DNA of 63,870 nucleotides from Chiloscyllium plagiosum (taxonomy: Eukaryota). The DNA lies in assembly GCF_004010195.1 (NCBI RefSeq), contig NC_057759.1:4206431-4270300 (forward strand), in the 5' to 3' direction. Positions 1-11,370 of the stretch are shown here, one piece after another. The translations under genes and the position numbers were made by a program. The stretch's first letter is position 1. Each line of letters opens with the position of its first letter. The notes beneath the pieces were generated by a model. That model saw nothing but the letters and a program-made list of their open reading frames with translations, searched no databases and was not told where the DNA came from.

Positions 1-157
1 ATGTGCAGGTCAGGTGAATTGGTCATGTTAAATTGCCCATACTGTAAGGTGCATCATTCAGGGGAATGGGTCTGGATAGGTTACTCTTCGGAGAGTCGGC
101 GTGGACTTGTTGGGCCGAAGCGCCCGTTTCCACACTGTAAATAATCTAAATCTAATC
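1..157 (+). mobile_element. HE1-type (V-SINE) SINE, 3' part
   Basis: GATGTGCAGGTCAGGTGAATTGG core, GGACTTGTTGGGCCGAAG...GTTTCCACACTGTA tail and (AATCT)n end; same family as 13329 and 45355. Confidence 0.85.
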
Positions 158-894
158 GACTCCGGATGTGGAAACCCCAGTCCCTTGTGCAGTTGCAGCA
201 ATAATTACTTAATTTCCATACTCCATTCCTTTCACAATAAGTGCCTTCCTTGTGACCTGCTGTAGCCTGTACACTACTTTGAGATTCATGTACACTGACA
301 TTTTGAACTTTGTTTCCTATTCAGATGCTAACTTGCCTTTTTCAATTCTTCCAACTGCAATGGATAACCTCACCACTGATGGGACTGACCAACGCTCAGT
401 TCAGTGTCTCATGGAAATTGAGAGCGTGTCCTCGATTTGAACTGTTGTGCTTTAGATTTGCAAACGAGTCAGACACAATGGTCCATTTGCTCCCATTTGT
501 CTAAAAAATGTACAATTACTGGGTTTGCACCCCAGAATGATTTTCAGCCCATTCGGACAGTGTTTGAATGTTGCTACAAATTGCTAACCACCTCATTAAC
601 TTACCTGTGCCGCTGGGAACAGCTGGAAGGATCAGCTGGAGAAAATGAGAGAGAAAGAAAATGTTTTGACTGTAAATATTCAGCGTCACCTGCTATCAAA
701 TGAATCAGGATTCCTTGACTGATGCACAAGCAACAATTATTCCAATTTTAATCTTTAGTTTATATCTGTGCTGACCATTCCTCTGAACACAACACATTAC
801 TTTGTATGTCTCCTCAAGTAATTTCATCTGCCACTTGTTCAGCCTACCCACATCCTCACAAAGCATGTTCCCACAGTGTTTTATTTTTAAAAAA

Positions 895-1380
895 TTTCAC
901 TGTGGAATTGTGGGTTGTGGAAATCACTGGCTGGGCCGTGAATGTATTATCCATCCCTCGTTGGCCCCTTGAGAAGGAGGTAGTGAGCTGCCTTCTTGAA
1001 CCATTGCAGTCCCTTTGCTATAGGTAGATCCACAATACCATTAGAGAGGGAAGTCCAGGATGTTGACCCAGCAACACTAAATGAACAGCTGATATATTTC
1101 CAAGCTGGGATGGTGATTTGCTCAGGGGGAAACATGTATTCTCATGTACCTGTTGTCCTTGCCCTTCTCGATGGAAGTGTTTGTGGGTTTGGAAGGTGCT
1201 GCCTGAGGAACTTTTGTGAATTTCTGCAGTGCATCTCACAGATGGTACACACTGCTACTGAGCATGGGTGGTGGAGAGAGTGGATGTTTGTGGATGTGGT
1301 GCCAATTAAGCAGGGGCTATGTTGTCTCTGGATGGTGTTCGGCTTCTCAAGTGTTGTCTACAAGGTACACTGCAGAAGTG
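895..1380 (-). mobile_element. Old LINE 3' tail fragment
   Basis: Reverse complement resembles the tail at 47810-48012 (TTCAAGAAGGCAGCTCAC..CCTTCTCAAGG..AATAAATG..GGCC..GCCAG). Confidence 0.55.
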
Positions 1381-2807
1381 AGTGAGTGTCTGTGCGTGCA
1401 CATGAAAGCATATGTGTGTGTGTGTGTGTCAAAGAGAATGTCTGTGTTTCTCTCTCACACACATGCACACCTTCATACTCTCACTCAAATACACTCGCAC
1501 TCATGCTCTCTCATGCACATACACATACACTCTCTGTGAACAACATTAGTTGAAACCCACGTTGAGTCCCAACTGGAGAACTATCACCATTGTTACCTGC
1601 TGGAGTGTCTCACCCACATAGCTTCCCATTAAACTCCAGACCAGGAAACAATGTGATGAGAGAAAGGATCAGAAACAGGGGGACAATGAGTGCTGCCATC
1701 TCAGCACTGTGTTCCTATGCTGGATTCAGACAGGGATTTCCTGTCAATAACATCATTGCTTCAGCAAACACCAACCCCAGTGTTTCCTGTTCCCTGTTCC
1801 CCTTACCCCCTGCCAACACCTGTCCAGTTCGAGGGAAACCCTTGTATCTGTGAAATTCACTCCATATCCTCACCATTGCAGTGACATCACTATTTCTGTG
1901 CAACCAATTCCATTAACAGCAACCCAGCAATCCAACCCAAACTATTCAATGTTAAACTCACAAGATCACTCTGCACTCTCTCTCAAAATCGTCGAATAGA
2001 AATTACTGTCCCTCATTTTCACAGCCTACATATATCGAGGCAAAACTTTCCTTTGTCCTCCACCTGTCAGTGGTAATTGGGCCATTCACAGAGAAACATC
2101 GAAAATATCATCGGGAAGAGGCCATTTGGCCCTTCTAGCCTGTTCCACCCATTCAATGAGATCATGACTGATCACCCAACTTGATCCTGTGTCTGCCTAC
2201 GCTATCCCTTTAGCCCCTAAGAACTCTATCAACTCCTTCCTGAATAACATTCAGTGTTCTGGACCTGACTGCTTTCTGTGGCAGAGAATTTCAGAGGCTC
2301 TCCACTCTCTGCGTGAAGACAATTCTCCCCATCTCAGTCCTGCCCAGTTTCCTTTAGACTGTGACCTCCTGGTTCTGGACTCTCTGCCCAGTCACCGGGA
2401 ACACCCTTCCTGTGTTTACTTCCTTCCTGTCTCATCCTTGTTCAAATTGAGAGATTTCTATGGGATTTCCCCTTGATTCTTCCGAACTCCAGTGAATATC
2501 ATCAGAACCAATCCAGTCTCTCTCCATCCGTCAGACCTGCCATCCCAGGAATCACTCATGGAAACCTTTGCTGTACATCCTCATAAGCAGATCCCAAACT
2601 GCACACACAGTTCTCCAGGGTGTGGTCTAATTGTAGCCCGCCAACCCTGCTCCTGGATTTAAATCCTATCGCTATGAAGGCCTCCCTTATGTAAGAAAGG
2701 ATGTTACTCTCTCTCTATCTCTCTTCCACCGCGCCCCCCCAAAACTGCACAACTACTGCCAGCCATGCTGGGTTTTTCCAGCACTGTGTTTATAACCTGT
2801 AACATTA

Positions 2808-2808
2808 A

Positions 2809-2847
<39 letters not shown>
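2808..2847. repeat. (TC)n microsatellite
   Basis: Direct inspection. Confidence 0.9.
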
Positions 2848-2849
<2 letters not shown>

Positions 2850-3489
2850 CACAGATGCTGCCGACCTGTTGAGTTTCTGAAGCAAGTTTTTAAAGAGTGT
2901 TCATGCCAAGTTTTCAGCCGGACTCCAGCGAAGAATGGGCACTGATCACAGATGAAGAATGGGTTACCTGGCACTGTGAGGTCGGAATTACTGGTCACAT
3001 TAAGTATTGTTCCACTGGGACCCCTATTGATCAGAACAGACTGGTATCGGCCTTCGTGCTGGGACTGGAAGGATTCAGTGGCCAGCTCTATCCTGTCTGA
3101 GCTAGAGTTGTAATTCCCGCTGGCATTGTTTAAGGCTTTCTGTTAAAACTAGGGTTCTGTACCTCGACTCAATACACACTCTGGAATGAGACAACTCCCA
3201 ATCAGAACCTCCGTTTTAGAGGCGTTGGGGGTGTGGAAAGCCCCAGCAACAGGAACTGGAATAAAATAAGACAGAGGAAATAAAAGATTGGATGTTGAAA
3301 TTGTCTTTTTTTTCATGGATGTTATCTTCGATGACAAGATAATAATTGGTGAAAATGAGACGTAAAACAAGCGAGAATTCACATCATTGCAAAGTCTGCC
3401 TGTGTTGTAAAATCTACACTTTGAAAAACGTGTGTTAACTATGGATGGCCAAATGGTACATCGTCCAACCATTGCCTCTTGATGTTCAA

Positions 3490-3728
3490 TGGTGTTACCA
3501 TCACTGTCCCCACCCCGCTGCACTATCCACATCCTGGGGGTTACTGTCACTGTCCGCACCCCAGCCTACTATCAACACACTAGGGGTTATCATCACAGTC
3601 CCCACCCCCATTATCAACATCCTTAGGGTTACGGTCACTGTTCCCAATCCCACCCCTCTATCAATATCCTGGGGGTTACCATCACTGTAGCCAACCCCAC
3701 CAGAGTATGAACATCTTTGGTGTTAACT
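3490..3728. repeat. Degenerate minisatellite, ~46-bp unit, ~5 copies
   Basis: Recurring GGGGTTACCATCACTGTCCCCACCCC...CTATCAACATCCT. Confidence 0.8.
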
Positions 3729-4074
3729 TCAGTCTCCTCCAGCTCGTATTGTTGCAGCTTCTACCATTCTCTGATGGATTACTTAACAAGGAATGGCAGA
3801 GTCAGAGATCTACAGCACAGAAACAGGACCTTCAGCCGACTGAATCCATGCCAGTCAAAAGCAGCCAACTCTCTATTCTCTAATATCATTTTCCCAGTCA
3901 TGGGCCGATTTCCATGCTGTGTGACCCTGTCGGCCCAACGCGCCCATGCTGACCAGGTCTCGCTGATGAAAATAGTCCCATTTGTTTGCATTTGGCCCAT
4001 ATCCGTCAAAATCTCTTTTAGAGGTTGTTATTGTACCCACTTCCACGACTTCCTCTGGCAGCTCATTCCAAATA

Positions 4075-6660
4075 TAAGGCTCTGATCAGACCATATTTGG
4101 GCCCCCTATCTAAGAAAAGATGCGCTGAACTTGGAATGGGTGCAGAGGGGGTTTACAAGAAAGATCCCAGGGATGAAGAACTTGTCATATGAGGAGACAT
4201 TGAGGACTCTGGTTCTTAATTAGAAGAGTGAGGGAGAATCTGATTGAAAGTTACAGAATATTGAGGCCTGGATAGAGTGGACATGGAGAAGATGTTTCTA
4301 TGAGTAGGAGAGATGAGGACCCAAAGGCACAGCTTCAGAGTGAAGGGATGTCCCTTTAGAACTTGAAAATGTTCAGCAAACTTGTACAAGGATGTTGGCA
4401 GGGTAATGACTTACCGGGGATAAGCAATAGGCCACAGGTCTCTGGCACAGAGTATGTCTGTGTTGCTCAGAAGGGAAGGGGGAAGAAAAGCAGAGCATTA
4501 GTCATTGGGGACTCCATAGTTAGGGGGACTGACAGGAGGTTCTGTGGAAACGAGAGACTTACGGTTGGTGGGTTGGTGTGTTGCTTACCAGGTGCCAGGG
4601 TTTCATGATGTCTCTGATCATGTTTTCAGGATCCTTGCGTTGTAGTTAAAGTATAGATGAGGTTGAGATTAGGTAGGTCCAAAATAAGGTTTCAGGGTCA
4701 GAAGAGCATTCCAGCAGGCAAGCAGTTGGTTTGAAGTGTGTCTAATTCAATACCATGAACATCTGGAATAAGATGGGTGAACGTACAGCGTGGGTTGGTA
4801 CCTGGGATTTTGATGTTCTGGCCATTTCAGAGACCTGGGTGGAGCAGGGACAGGAATGGTTGTTGCAGGTTCCACCATTTAGATGTTTCAGGAAGAACAG
4901 AGAAAATGAAAAAAGAGGTGGAGGTGTGACATTGTTAGTCAAGGACAGTATTACGGCTGCAGAAAGGATGTTTGAGGACTCATCAACTGAGGTAATATGG
5001 GCTGAGATTAGAAATAGGAAAGGAGATCATTCTGCTAATTTTCTATAGACCTCTGAATAGTTCCAGAGATTTAGAGGAAAAGGATAGCAAAGATGATTCT
5101 CAACAGGTGTGAGAGTGACAGGGTTCTGGGGGACTTCAACTTCCCAGATATTGACTGGGAATACTATAGTTCAAATACTTTAGATGGGTCAGTTTTTGTC
5201 CACTGTGTGCAGGATGGTCTGCCACAGCATGTAGAAAGGCAAACAAGGGACGAGGCCACACTGGATTTGGTACTGAATAATGAACCTCGTCAAGTGTTAG
5301 ATTTGGAGGTAGGTGAGCACTTTGGTGATAGTGATCACAAATCAGTTATGTTTACTTTACTTCTGGAAAGCGATAGGTATACACTGGAGGAAAAGCAATT
5401 ATGATACAGTTACACAAGACTAACGATGCATAGGATGGGGAAGGAAACTGCAGGCGATGGGCGCATTAGAAATGTGGAGCGTCTTCAAGGGGCCAGTGGG
5501 CTAAGAAGTAGCAGATGGAGTTGAATTTAGATAAATGCAAGGAGCTGCATTTTGGGAAAGCAAATCTTAGCAGGACTTGTACACTTAATGATAAGGTCCT
5601 AGGGAGAGTTGCTGAACAAAGAGACTTTGGAGTGCAGGTTCATTGCTCCATGAAAGTGGAGTCGCAGGTAGATAAGATAGTGAAGAAGGCGTTGGTGTGC
5701 TTTCCTTTATTGGTTGGAGTATTGAATACAGGAGTTGGGAGTTCCTTTTGCAGCAGTACAAGACATTGGTTAGACCACTTTTGGATTATTGCATACAATT
5801 TTGGTCTCCTTCCTATTGGAAGAATGTTGTGAACTTGAAAGGGTTCAGCAAACTTGTACAAGGATATTGGCAGGGTTGGAGTATTTGTGCTCTGTGGAGA
5901 GGTTGAATAGGCTGGGGCTGTTTTCCCTGGAGCATCAGAGGCTGAGGGGTGACTTTGTAGATGTTTATAAAATCATGAGGGGCATGGAATTATAAACAGA
6001 CAAAGTCTTTTCCCTGGGGTGGAGAAGTCCAGAACAAGAGGGCATAAGTTTCGGGTGACAGGGGAAAGATATAAAAGAGACCTAAGTGGCAATTGTTTCA
6101 CTCAGAGTGTGGTACGTGTATGGAATGAGCTGCCAGAGGAAGTGGTGGAAGCTAGTACAATTGCAATACTTAAAGGGCATCTGAATGGGTAAATGAATAG
6201 GAAGGGTTTGGAAGGATATGGGTCGGGTGCCGGCAAGTGGGACCAGATTGGGTTGTGATATCTGATCGGCATAGACAAGTTGGACTGATGGGTCTATTTC
6301 TGTGCTGTACATCTCTATGACTTTATGACAGCTACTCTGTACTTGGACAGTAGTGGGAAGTTGTGTGTGGAGTCAGAAGAGATAGAAGAAGTGCTAAATG
6401 AATATTTTTCATCAGTATTCACACTGGAAAAAGACAATGGGATTAGGTTTACAAGGAGATGTTAAATATTCTGGCAGGTGTGAAAATAGATAAATCCCCT
6501 GGCCAGGATAAGCCACAGAGGAGACTGCAGAAATCTTGGCTTTTATCTTTATGTCATCATTGTCTACAGGAATGGTAGGGGTAGAGTGGAGCAAATGTTG
6601 TTCTCTTGTTCAAGAAGTGGAGTAGAAACAACCCTGGTAACTATAGACAAGATATCTCTT
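4075..6660 (+). mobile_element. Nested CR1 LINE fragments (ORF1 esterase piece, APE endonuclease, RT C-terminus, 3' tail)
   Basis: ALVIGDSIVRGTDRRFCG (SGNH/GDSL-like ORF1), FDVLAISETW, GDFNFPDIDW, GEHFGDSDH, YKTLVRPLLDYC, LGLFSLEHQRLRGD; (CTCTATGA)n tail near 6313. Confidence 0.9.
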
Positions 6661-7559
6661 GTCTTCCTCAAGGCAAATGTTTGATGGACCAAGAAATGTA
6701 ATATTTTGTCTGTACAAAGCCAAGTGTGACAACCAGCAGGTATGCTAATGCTGTCAGTGGAAAACATCCTTTCCATAATTATAGAATGGATTGTGTCAAA
6801 CACACATTGAGCTCAATTTCGAGAAGTAGAAGAGTCAAACATAAAAAAAATGTCATCAGTTATTTCCCCCTCTGCTCAATGCACAACAGCTCAGTTCCAA
6901 TAAATTCCAATATGCATAGCCAATTATCATTTGCAACATCAGAAGAGAGATAGACTTTATTTTCATAAGAAATATACGTTCAGGAACTGTACGAACGCGA
7001 TGTGGTAAAGGCAATTTTAAAGTTACAATCAAGGTGAATAAATAGATCCTGCTGTTACATTGTTACAACGAGGATATATGAAGTACAGACAAGGAAGAAA
7101 ACCTTGACATTATCACTAACTGACAAGGTCAAAATTAATCTTTTGATAAATATTTGTCCTGTGCAAAGACATAATTAAACAATGCAAATTCCAAATGAAC
7201 CTTTGGGCCAAAACCTGATGGAGAGAGAATGCTTACTGCATACACACACGCACCCAACACACACAATCATTCCAGCTCTCACACAGCTACTGACTGATTT
7301 TCAATAGTTGCAAATTTGTACATCATGCTGAAATACCCATTACAACATCTGACAACAAAGAAAATCCATATAACTGCAACTGTCACAAAATATCACATCA
7401 AACTGATTTCTAATCTCAGATCTCAAGTCAAAGAGATCACCAGCACAGAATAAGTCTCTTCAATTTATTAAGTCTGCACTGATCAAAAACAGTCTATAAC
7501 AACATAATAGTTGACTGAGCTAACAACTCTCATCCCTTTCAAGCAGCATTCAATTTCCA

Positions 7560-9786
7560 TTAAAAAAAAATCACGGTAGCAGAGAAGCTGCCACCCCCAT
7601 CCTGTATTGTAATGACATTCTCCACTTCTTCATTTTGTAGGTTTTATTTCTTATTCTGTTCAGCAAGAAAGTTTTTTTTTCATTATTCTGTATGTCTTTT
7701 GAAATTTGTTTCAAAAATGTAGAAAGAGCTTTGTGTGCCTCTTGACCCTGCCTTCGTTGCAATACGGAAAAGGAAGGAATCAGGATATAGTTTTTCAAAA
7801 CAGTGCAGAATGAAAGAAAAAGCCAAAATTGGTAGGTTTGTCAAGCTCCTCATTTTTATTTTCCTAACAAGAGTTGATAGTTCAATAAATTGAATTTGAT
7901 AATTTAAATATGCTTCATTGAATGGTGGAATTAGAGGTCCTTTTGCTTTCCCCCTCCTTACCATAGACCAACACAAGAGGCTTTCACCAGATCCTGTCCA
8001 AATTGGTAAATAAAATAGAATTGGCCAATTCTCTTTCCTGTACAAGGAACACTATGTCAGTCAACTGCAATGCAGTTGATGTGTTCACTTAGTTGCAAAT
8101 TGGTTCAGTTAATACTGATTATTAATTCATTGGTAAAATAGGTCACTACGCAAAAATTGATAGCATCCTGAAAAACAGACCTTGATATCCCCATTGCTCC
8201 CAGTTAGACTCTGCACTATAGGGGTTACAAAAGTCCATTGATTTTCTCCCCTTGCTTCGAAAGAAAAACAGATGCTTTTCACCTGCAATGACTTGGATGT
8301 TCACCTGTCCTACGGGCACTAAAACTAAAGAACATAGGCTGTGGATGTTATCCAACTTCACGTACAGTACCAGAGATTAACAGATATACAAACACATCCA
8401 CTTTCACTGACAGGAGCTGACTCCAGTGGAAATGGATAATACCTCATTCATGTCAAGTAGCAGAAGTTTGACAATGAAGTACACTTGCAGTTACTAAAAG
8501 TGACGTGTTTCAATCTAGATGACACTGAAGCACATTAACCGAGAATAAGGAGCACATTGATATCTATTATCATAGAGTGAATGAATCCCATTCTCACTTT
8601 CAGCTTTGTGCTGATGAAAACACACCTTAACCACACTCACATTCTGGTTGAGGGCCTGAGTAATGCAGAAGCATTTCCGTACATGAAAAAAAAATGAAGT
8701 ACTGATTTATAAAATGTTAAACCCGTTAGCAAATTTTGAGAAGATTTGTAGCTCAGGTTGAGGTTCTGGGTGTAGGTTTGCTCGCTGAACTGGAAGGTAC
8801 ATTTCCAGGCGTTTCCTCAGCCTACTAGGTAACATCTTCAGTGGGCCTGCAGGCGAAGCACTGCTGCTGATTCCTGCTTTCTGTTTATATGTTTGGGTTT
8901 CTTTGGGCTGGTGTTGTCATTTCCTGTTCTTTTTCTCAGAGGGTGCTATGTGGGGTCTAACTCAATGTGTTTGTTCATAGAGTTCCGATTGGAATGCTAT
9001 GCTTCTAGGAGTTCTCATGCATGTCTCTTTTTGGCTTGTCCGAGGATGGATGTGTTGTCCCAGTCGAAGTGGTGTCCTTCCTTATCTGTATGTACGGATA
9101 CTAGTGAGAGAGGGTAAAATCGTTTTGTGGCTATTTGATGTTCATGTATCCTAGTTTTTTGCCTGTTTGTCCAATGTAGTGCTTATTACAGTCCTTGCAT
9201 GGTATTTTGTAAATGACATTAGTTTTGCTTGTTGTCTGCATAGGGTCTTTCAAGTTCATTAGCTGCTGTTTTAGTGTGTTGGTGAGTTTGTGGGCAGGGG
9301 TCTGAGTAATCTGGCAGTTATTTCTGAGATGTCTTTGATATAGGGGAGAGTGGTTAGGGGTTCTGGACGTGTTTTGTCTTCTTGTTTGGGTTTGTTGCTG
9401 AGAAATCAGCAGTGCTTCACTTGGAGGCCCACTGAAAATGTTACCTGGTAGGGCAATGAAACGTCTGGAAATGAACTTTCCAGCTCAGCATGCAAACCTA
9501 CATCCATGTCAAACCCATCTCACAAAGTATATCTGATCATGACATGCAGGACTGGAAATATAAGGAGACATACAGAAAATGTCAATGTGTATCACTCTTC
9601 AAAATGATACAGATTGGCAGCACAACAGAACACTCTCACATACTCTGCCAGTTAATGGCGAAAGGAAAGAAAAACTGCAATTTAGGTCTAGGTATTTCCA
9701 AATATAGACAGTTAAAAATTGACTCACCATATTATTAATCACTTCAGTTAGTATTAAATGTTACATCTTACAGTGTCCAGCAGCAA
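7560..9786 (-). pseudogene. Unidentified multi-exon gene, paralog A (decayed)
   Basis: GT-AG exons 8598-8655, 8181-8309 (..ICFSFEARGENQWTFVTPIVQSLTGSNGDIK), 7962-8037 and 7560-7747 (..LQNEEVENVITIQDGGGSFSATVI). Homologous to 62009-62143 and 52578-52758. In-frame stops present. Upstream small exons (9524-9551, 9728-9786) are less certain. Confidence 0.6.
8725..9505 (-). mobile_element. Penelope-like element, 5'-truncated, GIY-YIG region with inverted pLTR
   Basis: Minus strand encodes LPYIKDISE..NVIYKIPCKDCNKHYIGQ; 8768-8868 is inverted relative to 9407-9505; TSD ATGT(T/C)AAACCC at 8714-8724 and 9506-9516. Confidence 0.85.
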
Positions 9787-10249
9787 CTGAAAAGACTACT
9801 GCATGCACAAAACGTTTTAAAAAAAAAGGAGTCTGAATGCAATAAAATTCAGATTTCGGCCAAGATAAACATTTAACCAACATTACTCCCTCAATCAGAA
9901 AGGGTTAGTGAATATTGATCGAGTGAATCCAATACTTAGACCAAAAGAAAACACAACTGAACAAGGAAAGAGAATGAGATCCACATACTCTACCTGACGC
10001 TGTTGCATACAGAACAAAACTGGCTCCATAGTTTTCAAAGACAGATAACTGCAGAAATAATCTCAAATTAGCATTTACATAAGGATACTGGCAGTGAGTG
10101 GATAAAGTTTAGAATCCCAACAGTTAATGGAAACTAGTATGGAGAACAGGTGAAGAACAGAATGTCCCAATCTGGACACAATGGGTTGAATGGCTGTACC
10201 AATTCTGTGACTCTGTCATAAATCACAAAATGCAGAAGAGATTAAAGCC

Positions 10250-11370
10250 CAATTACAACACCCTAAAAACTACTATCACAGAATGAATCACAATCACGTA
10301 TTCACAAAAGAATATCTGTCAGGCAAACAGTGACGAATATACTCACATTTACATTACAGAGCCTGACAGGGAAGGATTCTTAACTAAACATTCACAAAGC
10401 AAAAACTGACAGTGACTGTTAAAAACTAAATTCTCACATTCATATAGCAGAAACTGGCAGGCTTTTATTGACAATTACCCAAACATATTCACCAAGCAGA
10501 TTTCCTCAGGATGCTAAGTAAATCCAGCATGGCCATAAAGACTCTTGTTAATGTTTATGGGTGCACCATAGTAAGCATCCTATCTGGATGTGTAACAGCG
10601 TGGTATGGCTACTGTTCTTCCCCAGACCACAAGAAACTACAGAGAGTTGTGAGTACATCCCAGTCTATCACTGAAACTAGCCTTCCATCCAAAGGCTCCA
10701 TTTACACTTCCCCATCTCAGGAAAGCAACCAACAACATCAAAGACCCATCCGACCCTGGTAATACTCTCCTCCACCTGGTCTGTCAGGTAGAAAATATAG
10801 ATTTTTGAACACACTTTCCAACAGACTCAAGAAAAGGTTCTCCGCTGTTATCAGAATTTTGAATGGGCCTCCCAAATTTTAATGTTAATCTCGCTCTCTC
10901 TGCAGCTTTTACACTGTATTCCAAATTCTGTTCTGTTACCCTGATGGACTTTGTATGATATGATCTGCCTGTAAAGCACACAAAACAATACTTTTCATTG
11001 TATCTCAGTACATGTGATAACAATAAATCAGACGCAATCAAATGGATAACTACACTCTTATATTCATGTAGTAGACTCTGAGAGGTACAGGCTGATCACT
11101 GCAGTCACATAAACTGATAGGAAAAGATGAATAAATACACTCAAACACTGACATGACAGAGCCTGACAGGGAAAGATTGACAACTAAATTCTCACATTCA
11201 CAAAGCAGAAACTGATAGCAACAGATGAAATCTCAGCTCACACATTCACATAGCAGGGATAGATCGACAATTTTACAAAACATTCACCAGGCAGAAACTG
11301 ACAAGAACAGATCGATAACTATGTTTATGTATTCACGCAGCAGAGTCTGAAAGGTACAGATTGACAATTA
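10250..11370. repeat. Degenerate ~43-bp tandem array, split by a LINE insertion
   Basis: Recurring CACATTCACA(A/T)AGCAGAAACTGACAG...ATTGACAACTA at 10250-10500 and 11040-11370. Confidence 0.65.
10501..11030 (+). mobile_element. Rex/Babar-like LINE 3' end
   Basis: TLVNVYGCTIVSILSGCVTAWYG..DHKKLQRVV (DUF1891-like RT C-terminal region), ending near CAATAAATCA. Confidence 0.7.

Larger units (their letters stand above)
605..3255 (-). pseudogene. Ig-superfamily (FcR-like/PECAM-like) receptor pseudogene: Ig exon, TM exon and small cytoplasmic exon
   Basis: Phase-1/phase-1 288-nt exon 2968-3255 (TTTTATTCCAG...CAG|GTAACC) reads VPVAGA..EVLIGSCLIPECVLSRGTEP*F*..EGRYQSVLINRG..VTSNSDLTV. Exon 1614-1719 gives hydrophobic MAALIVPLFLILSLITLF. 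A 31-nt exon 605-635 has a strong polypyrimidine CAG acceptor and GTAAGT donor. Confidence 0.7.

Noticed and set aside
255..500. Possible cytoplasmic exons with ITIM-like SVYMNL for the Ig receptor
   Set aside because: Splice phases are ambiguous and a 6-residue motif arises easily by chance
3490..3728. Spaced repeats as a CRISPR-like array
   Set aside because: Degenerate eukaryotic minisatellite with no unique spacers or cas genes
7571..8309. Alternative stop-free splice path (27-nt exon 8283-8309; GQVNIQVIAGKRIGQFYF..WQGQEAHKAL)
   Set aside because: Paralog comparison supports different frames through synonymous changes and peptide alignment
8340..8440. Intronic hairpin followed by ACA (possible H/ACA snoRNA or pre-miRNA)
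   Set aside because: No ANANNA H box, weak second hairpin, and not evidently retained in paralog B
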